Made by a program: the position numbers and the translations under genes
In this document: in pieces, positions 57,757 to 64,000 of the stretch
Layout of the letters: every line of letters starts with the position of its first letter
How positions within the stretch are numbered: the first letter of the stretch is position 1
Notes under the pieces: generated by a model
Database searches by the model: none
What the model was told of the DNA's origin: nothing
Seen by the model: the letters and a program-made list of their open reading frames with translations, nothing else
Assembly: GCA_965645245.1 (NCBI GenBank)
Contig: OZ287086.1
Location: 930,001-994,000 of the forward strand
Reading direction: 5' to 3'
Length of the DNA stretch: 64,000 nucleotides
DNA from: Massalongia carnosa
Lineage: Eukaryota

Positions 57757-58757
57757 AAAACCTAGTAACCAAAATTATCGCATGCGGGATCCCTATGACC
57801 CCTCAGTGTACCTAATAACGTGTATCTGGGAGGTCCTTAGAAGAAAAAGGAAAAGAACGAAAGAAAAAATGAAGAAGTCAAACATTTCAAATGCTGTGTT
57901 GACGGGAACTATCCGTACTGCATGGTCGCTGCAATTGAAAACTGTTTTAGTGTATTTGCCCGCATTAACTATGCTGTCAGCTTTTTCAATTTTGCGGAAT
58001 TTTCAATTATCGTGCGATAATTGTTAGTTTTCACTTGATTAAATAATTCATTTCTTCCGTCTATCAGCTGATAGTGCATGATAACGTGTTTAGCCGTCTG
58101 CCTTGGCTATTTATATATTCACGCCGGTAAGTTAATATTTGGTACCCTTCGGTTGAAAAGAAAGTTGGCTAGCCTGATTTTCTCCGTGCGAATTTGCGTT
58201 CCTAGTGAACTCTCCGCATTTGCCAAATTGCTGTGAGTTTTTAATCTCTTTTTGTCAAGCGAAGCTTGTTGAGCCTCGGTGGGGAGTGGAATGCGATTTT
58301 GATAAGTCGCCCATGTTGACTTCTATATTTTCATATGAAGCTCCATGAGCCGCGTATGATGTGCCCGTTAGGCCGTTCGCGCTTCACTCAGCTCCTTGAG
58401 ATATTCTGGACTAGCCTCGTACCACGGGGGCGCGGAAGGCGGTAATCTGACGGCGGCCTCTCTATTTATTATTGCCTTGGCCCATGTGTATTTCAGTTCT
58501 CCGGGTGTTGGCGGCGGAGTTTTTCTTGGACCCGCTCTTTACCGTAGCTTATTAGCTATTATCTTGCATACGGAGTAAGATTTTCAAATCATATCCAATC
58601 GTTATAATCCACAGAGTCTTTATGTCATTACTTTAATTACATTAATATAAGTTTTATTATGATCAATGTTCTTTATCTGATAAAAATCTTTATCTATCTA
58701 TCGAATATTATATCGAAATATTCCCTTATTTGAACCGAGTTTGATGATATAAATTTA

Positions 58758-61247
58758 CTCGAGATGATTGGGATATGCAACAAACCTAGATATGCAATAG
58801 CACTAGTAGGGGTTTACCCGAAGTTTAACCAATAATCTTCTGATTAGCATTGCTAGTCTTCCTTATTGAATTTTGCTGCAGTATCTTTAGAAGCACTAAT
58901 AATTGCAAGCAACGGCTGAATTAATGATTTAAATAATAAAAGCTATAGAAAGCTTTTGTGCTTAGGCTCCGCCCGCTAGGCCGGCTCAGTGCTATATTAT
59001 ACATGATGTAGTATATAAAGCAGTCAATCTCGCCTTCTAGGAGGTCTCACTATCCACCCAGAAGCCGTATATACAGGCAATACCGTCACAGCGTCCTTGA
59101 TTTTATGTATTCCCTCACTTCGGGCCTTGACTGACTTCCTGCCTCTTTTACCTCTCATTCCTTTATCCCTAACATCCTCTACCTCAGTCTGTATAGCGAA
59201 CTCTGGATCCTCATTCTTTAAGCAAGGCTCTGGCGGAGCAAGCGTTGAAGGGTCTAAATCTATGGAACTTTGCTGGATAGCCTGTGCCTTCTTATTTGTC
59301 TTGTTTTTCAGACTTTGAGGTTTGGGCTCTGCAATGAGGCTCTACACAGATCTCTAGGCCTCCCAGAACTCCTTCTCTTGTTTATCTGCACGCTTCTTCT
59401 GCTCCTCTGTGTGCTTTTTCATCTCCCGTTCTTCGAGGACGTCATGATTTATTATACGTCCTTTACCGAGCTGTTGATTTGAACGTTTGGCCTTCTCCTT
59501 TTTACACTGTCGATTCTCCAACAATTCAGTATTTGTAGTCTCTAGTAAAACCTTCTCGACGTACGTTTTTGATCCAGCCTTGCCTAGCTTCATAATCTCT
59601 TGCTGGGTAGCCTTCCCATCAATAGCTTTGTATACGATTTCATCGAATTCAGCTGCATTTCTTGGAGTCTTGATAGGAGCGGATACAGTGACGCCATCCG
59701 ACGATCGGAAGAATACTTCTGGTGGCGTGTACGGCCTTAGAGTAACAGTGTTTATCACATCTTTCGGCTGTGGTGATGTCTTCAAAAGACTCTCTGGATC
59801 CAGAGGAAATAGAAGTGCTTTCTACCAAGTACTGAGAATAGTAGTGAGTTTGGCTGTCTCACTCCGAGCTCGTTGATATAAAGCAATGAAATCGACCTTA
59901 TCCACGTTAGCACTGCTATCCCACTCTATCAGACGCAGTAGCTTGGTCCGATAGGGACTCCCCAGTGGCTGAAAGAAACCCACATCTAACGGCTGGAGGA
60001 CGTGATTTGTATGAGCTGGAAGGCAAGCAAGAATAATCTTCTCATTGATACAGAATTTGATAACTTCCGACGTAATATGAGAAGCATGCCCGTCGAGGAT
60101 AAACAAGCGATATTCGCCTTGTTGTCGCTTCTTCGAATATAGATCAAATACACGTTTAAACCATTCGATAGCGAGTTTATTATTGGTCCAGCCCTTGTCA
60201 CTGATAGCGATGTTATTACCTCGCTCCAATTTATTCATCTAGGCCTTCCTTTAAGTCTTTGCTTTAAAGATGACGAAAGCAGGATGAAGTGCTCCATCTG
60301 CAGAGATACATTCAAGAAGAGACACCTATTCCCGGCTCCCATTCTGACACATGTTTGCAGTGAGGTTTGCCTTTGAAACCACTACTTTCTGCTTGCCTAC
60401 TTGACCTATTGCAAAGCCCTTCTCGTCCATATTATATACGTCTCTTTTTTCAATGTTGTATTGCTTCATTGTGTCTGAAAAGTGCTTAAACTAATGATTG
60501 ATTGTTTCGTAATTGACTGCATTGATGCGCTCTTTATCTAACGGCGTGCAAAAGCGAGATTTTAACGAATGATTTCGATTCAAGAACTTCTCCACCCAGT
60601 GACATCCCAATGGGGTATTATTTCCTCTTTTTTTGAGAATCTCTTCTGCTTGTACCTTGATTCGATAAATCATTGGGAGGAAGCCCCATTTGGCCAATAA
60701 ATCGATCCAGTTTACTAAGCATTCCTTCTTAATGAAAGTAAGGCGTTGTTGGGCTTGATGAGCTTTGTGATGAGGTAATGTTTCTCCTTTGTATCGTCGA
60801 TATAAGGTTCTATGGCAAACATTGTATTTGTTGTCATATTGGCGGAATGAAGGCTTCTCTTGCTTAGGCTTTATTTCAGGCTGGAGTTCATATTCATCCT
60901 ATTGCTTGATAGCTTTGGCAAAGGAGATTATAGCAAGCTCCATGCGCTCGCGCTTTAGGATGACCTCTCTATCTGATTCCTCTTCTAATGGGTCTTCCTC
61001 AATAGCTTGCATGATATTTTGGTAACGGAGGGATAGCTAGGCCAGGCGCTGAGACCAATTATAGCTTCAATGGCCAGGGTTAAGGGTTGGAGAGTAGGTA
61101 TAGGTCAATTGGCTGATTTGTAGAGACGTTACAGTATAAATTTTGGTAGGAATGCTTAAGGATAAACGCATCGGATAAATATCGGATATAAACCCCTACT
61201 AGTGCTGTTGTATATCGAGGTTTGTTGCATATCCCAGTCATCCCGCG
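58758..61247 (-). mobile_element. pogo/Fot1-like DNA transposon, transposase pseudogene (starts about 61012)
   Basis: About 60-bp imperfect TIRs with TA flanks. Motifs YNMDEKGF, KGWTNN, ILDGHASH and LQPLDVGFF. Stops and frameshifts. Confidence 0.92.
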
Positions 61248-61551
61248 TATCTATCAGAAAAAATCTTTATATCAGATAATTAAATTTTTAGTTTTCAGAT
61301 TCCGTTGATGAAATAAGATACAATCTTTTTCTCTGATGCTCGAATTATTTCAATAATTTCTGACGACTGAATAATATTCTTATAGATGTTGAAAGTGATA
61401 AAATCGTTCAAGAAGATTTAAAGAATTTTTAATGCGAATCTTTTGTTATTTCTTTTTTAGATTATGAATTAATTAATTAGTTTAACATAATTAATATCAA
61501 GGTGCGAAGAAAAGAGCTCTTAGAAATATATAGAATCATTTTTAACGGAAA

Positions 61552-64000
61552 ATGAATACGACAACGAGTGTCGAAGCCCAAGGGCAAGAGATAAGTGAAA
61601 CTCACGAGCTAACAAGCAAAGCAAGAGAATTTCTGGAAAGAGCAGATATGATTGTAGCCGGCGCGGAGGCGAGGCGTTGGATACTCGATCTTGTTGAGTT
61701 CATAGAAAAAACTTCATCGGAACGCGACGCGCTCGACGCGTCGACGCAGGAAAATTTTCAAGATACATTGCAGGATATTCAGCAAAGATTGAAGAAGAGA
61801 GAAAAACAGGGCGAGAATAACGGCAAGGCTCTCAGCTACGCGGCGGTCGCAGCAGGAAAGCGTAAAAGCGGACAGGAAACCGAAGTGAAGAATCAAGGCC
61901 TTAACGAGGAAAACACCCTCAGAGAGAAGAGAAAAATGAAGGAAATCATAGTGAGAATAGAAGACCCCACGCGGGGGACAAAAAAAAAACTACACCAAAA
62001 TTTAACCGGGCTCAACTCCCCACCAAAACACAAGCAATTTACATACGATTTTGATGGGATAATTATCATTATTATGAATTCTAAACATATCGAGACTCCT
62101 ACCAAAGCTAAAATTCAGGGAGCCGTTGAATTTTGCGAAAAGCAAGGCATTTCTTATCACAAAGAGGATGTTTTTCGCACATTTGATGTGGAACGTACGA
62201 GGGGCTATGCATACCTGCGTGAAGGAGCCTCATCACGCCGTCATCATAATAATTCCGATGTTTCTGAAGCTCGTGGGCGTCACAAAATTGTTACGCCTAA
62301 ATTGATTAGAGAAATGGAACGGCTATTGGAAGAAGAAGGTATGGAGGCGCGCGCTCTTACATGGGAGCAATTGGGCTTCGAAGTAGGCCTAGACTGCAGT
62401 GGCAAAACCATTCAACGAATCATGGGCACCATGGATTATCACAAATGCATTGCGTGCAGAAAGGGATGGGTGAACGAGAAGACAAGAAAGCTTCGTATGA
62501 AGTGGTCAGATGCTATGCTTTCTAGATATCCAAATGCAGAAGACTGGAAACAAGTTCGATTTAGTGACGAAGTGCACTTTGGATGGGGACCTCAGGGCAA
62601 ATTACGCATCATACGAAGATTAGGTGAACGTTATTGTCATGATTGTATTCAAGAAGCAGATGAACCAGACGAGGCCGTCAAGAAGAGACATCACTGTTGG
62701 GCTGCTGCAGGTCATGACTTCAAGTCAGATATCTACTTTTACAGAGTTCCTGGAAACTCCAATGGAAAGATGAGTCAACGAGTCTATATCGACTCTATAT
62801 TGGAGCCTATTGTGAAGCCCTGGATTGAAGCAAAACACGATTTCGTCTTAGAAGAAGACGGTGATTCTGGACATGGACTAGGCAAATCAAACATTGTACG
62901 CACTTGGAAGCAGAACAACGATCTGAAGCACTATTTCAACTGTCCATGTTCACCTGATTTGGCCCCCATAGAAAATTGCTGGCAGGCCCCGAAGCAATAT
63001 TTAAAAAAATATCCTCATTGGATGATGATACGACCAAGGGGCTAATTTATGAGGGGTGGGCGAACGTTTCCCAGGCATTTATCAATGAACGGGTGTCTAC
63101 TATGCCAGATAGATTGAGAGCTGTTTTGGATTGTGAGGGTAAAATGACTGGTTATTGAATAGATTGAATGAATTGGATGACTGGTTGTTGAAATGGTGAT
63201 TATCCCATCAAAATTGTATGGAAATTGCTTGTGTTTTGGTGGGGGGTTGAACCCGGTTAAATTTTGGTGTAGTTTTTTTTTTGTCCCCCGCGTGGACCCC
63301 AAGGAGCAGGAAGCCCTAGGTAAAAAGACCACAAAGGAAATAGTAGACGCCCTACGAGTCTCTAACGAAGAGGTGACGGGCATCCGACGACTACCAAGTG
63401 GAGATCTAAAAATTCACGTAAAAACACCGGAAGTCAAGGAAACCTTGCAAGCACACTCGGAATGGATAAAGAGAGTTGCTGCATCAGCGACGATACGCAA
63501 AGAAGGCTATGCAATTCTAGCTCACGGAGTAAAAATGAACGAAGTCAGAGGGTCAAAGCAAGCGAAAGCATTGGAATACTTGACAATGGAAAACGCAGGA
63601 TTGCATGAAGGACTGAAAATCAATCGAGTAGCCTGGAGCGCCAGAGCCCGCAAAAAAAACAAGCGCTACGCCTCGTTACACATCGAGGTAGAAACTGCAG
63701 AAATGGCCAATCGTTTGATCCTCGTAGGACTGGCGGACGAAGGGGAAATAAAAACATGCGAGCTCTTCGAAGCCGGCTGCAAGCTCACGCAATGCTTCAA
63801 TTGTCAGCAATACGGACACATCGCGAAGTTTTGCAAAAATCCCACCGTCTGCGGGTACTGCGTCGGAAGGCACGACAGCAGAAACTGCCCATGCAGCAGA
63901 AACGGAAGGTCCCTACGATGCGCAGTGTGCGGGGACAAGGGACACCCAGCGTGGGCAGCGGAATGCCAAGTCAGGAAAGAGAAAAAACACCGCACGGAAA
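61552..64000 (+). mobile_element. LINE (Tad1-like) ORF1, interrupted by a Tc1-like element; runs off the window
   Basis: SYAAVAA, RRLPSGDL, ILAHGV, and three Cys/His knuckles (CFNCQQYGHIAKFC, CGYCVGRHDSRNC, CAVCGDKGHPAWAAEC). Confidence 0.9.
61968..63294 (+). mobile_element. Tc1-like DNA transposon with 5-bp TSD (gaccc); transposase 62074-63158 with a 1-nt frameshift near 63021
   Basis: About 100-bp TIRs cacgcgggggac.... Motifs FSDE, LEEDGDSGH and SPDLAPIE (37-residue spacing). Homologous to the 39689-40843 transposase. Confidence 0.93.

Overview
Eukaryotic (filamentous ascomycete-like) genomic DNA with short GT-AG introns, dominated by nested transposons. These include a young intact Ty3/Gypsy chromovirus (31226-37800), a gag-less Ty3 relic, a dead Ty1/Copia, Tc1/IS630-like, pogo/Fot1 and hAT DNA transposons with MITEs, LINE fragments, a Helitron-like relic, and more than a dozen solo LTRs, most with 5-bp target-site duplications (TSDs). 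A GC-richer gene island (about 7345-27400, split by the Copia) contains almost only nucleic-acid-attacking enzymes. Its core is an apparently intact ~2,300-aa ZNFX1-type SF1 RNA helicase fused to three CbbX/SpoVK-type AAA+ modules, head-to-head with a protein carrying DXO/Rai1-like nuclease motifs. Two further PD-(D/E)XK-type nuclease genes flank the pair. This pair/island is the best candidate for an undescribed RNA-surveillance or defence system. A second highlight is a Tc1-like family that makes 5-bp rather than TA TSDs. All calls come from motif reading by eye; no database searches were run.
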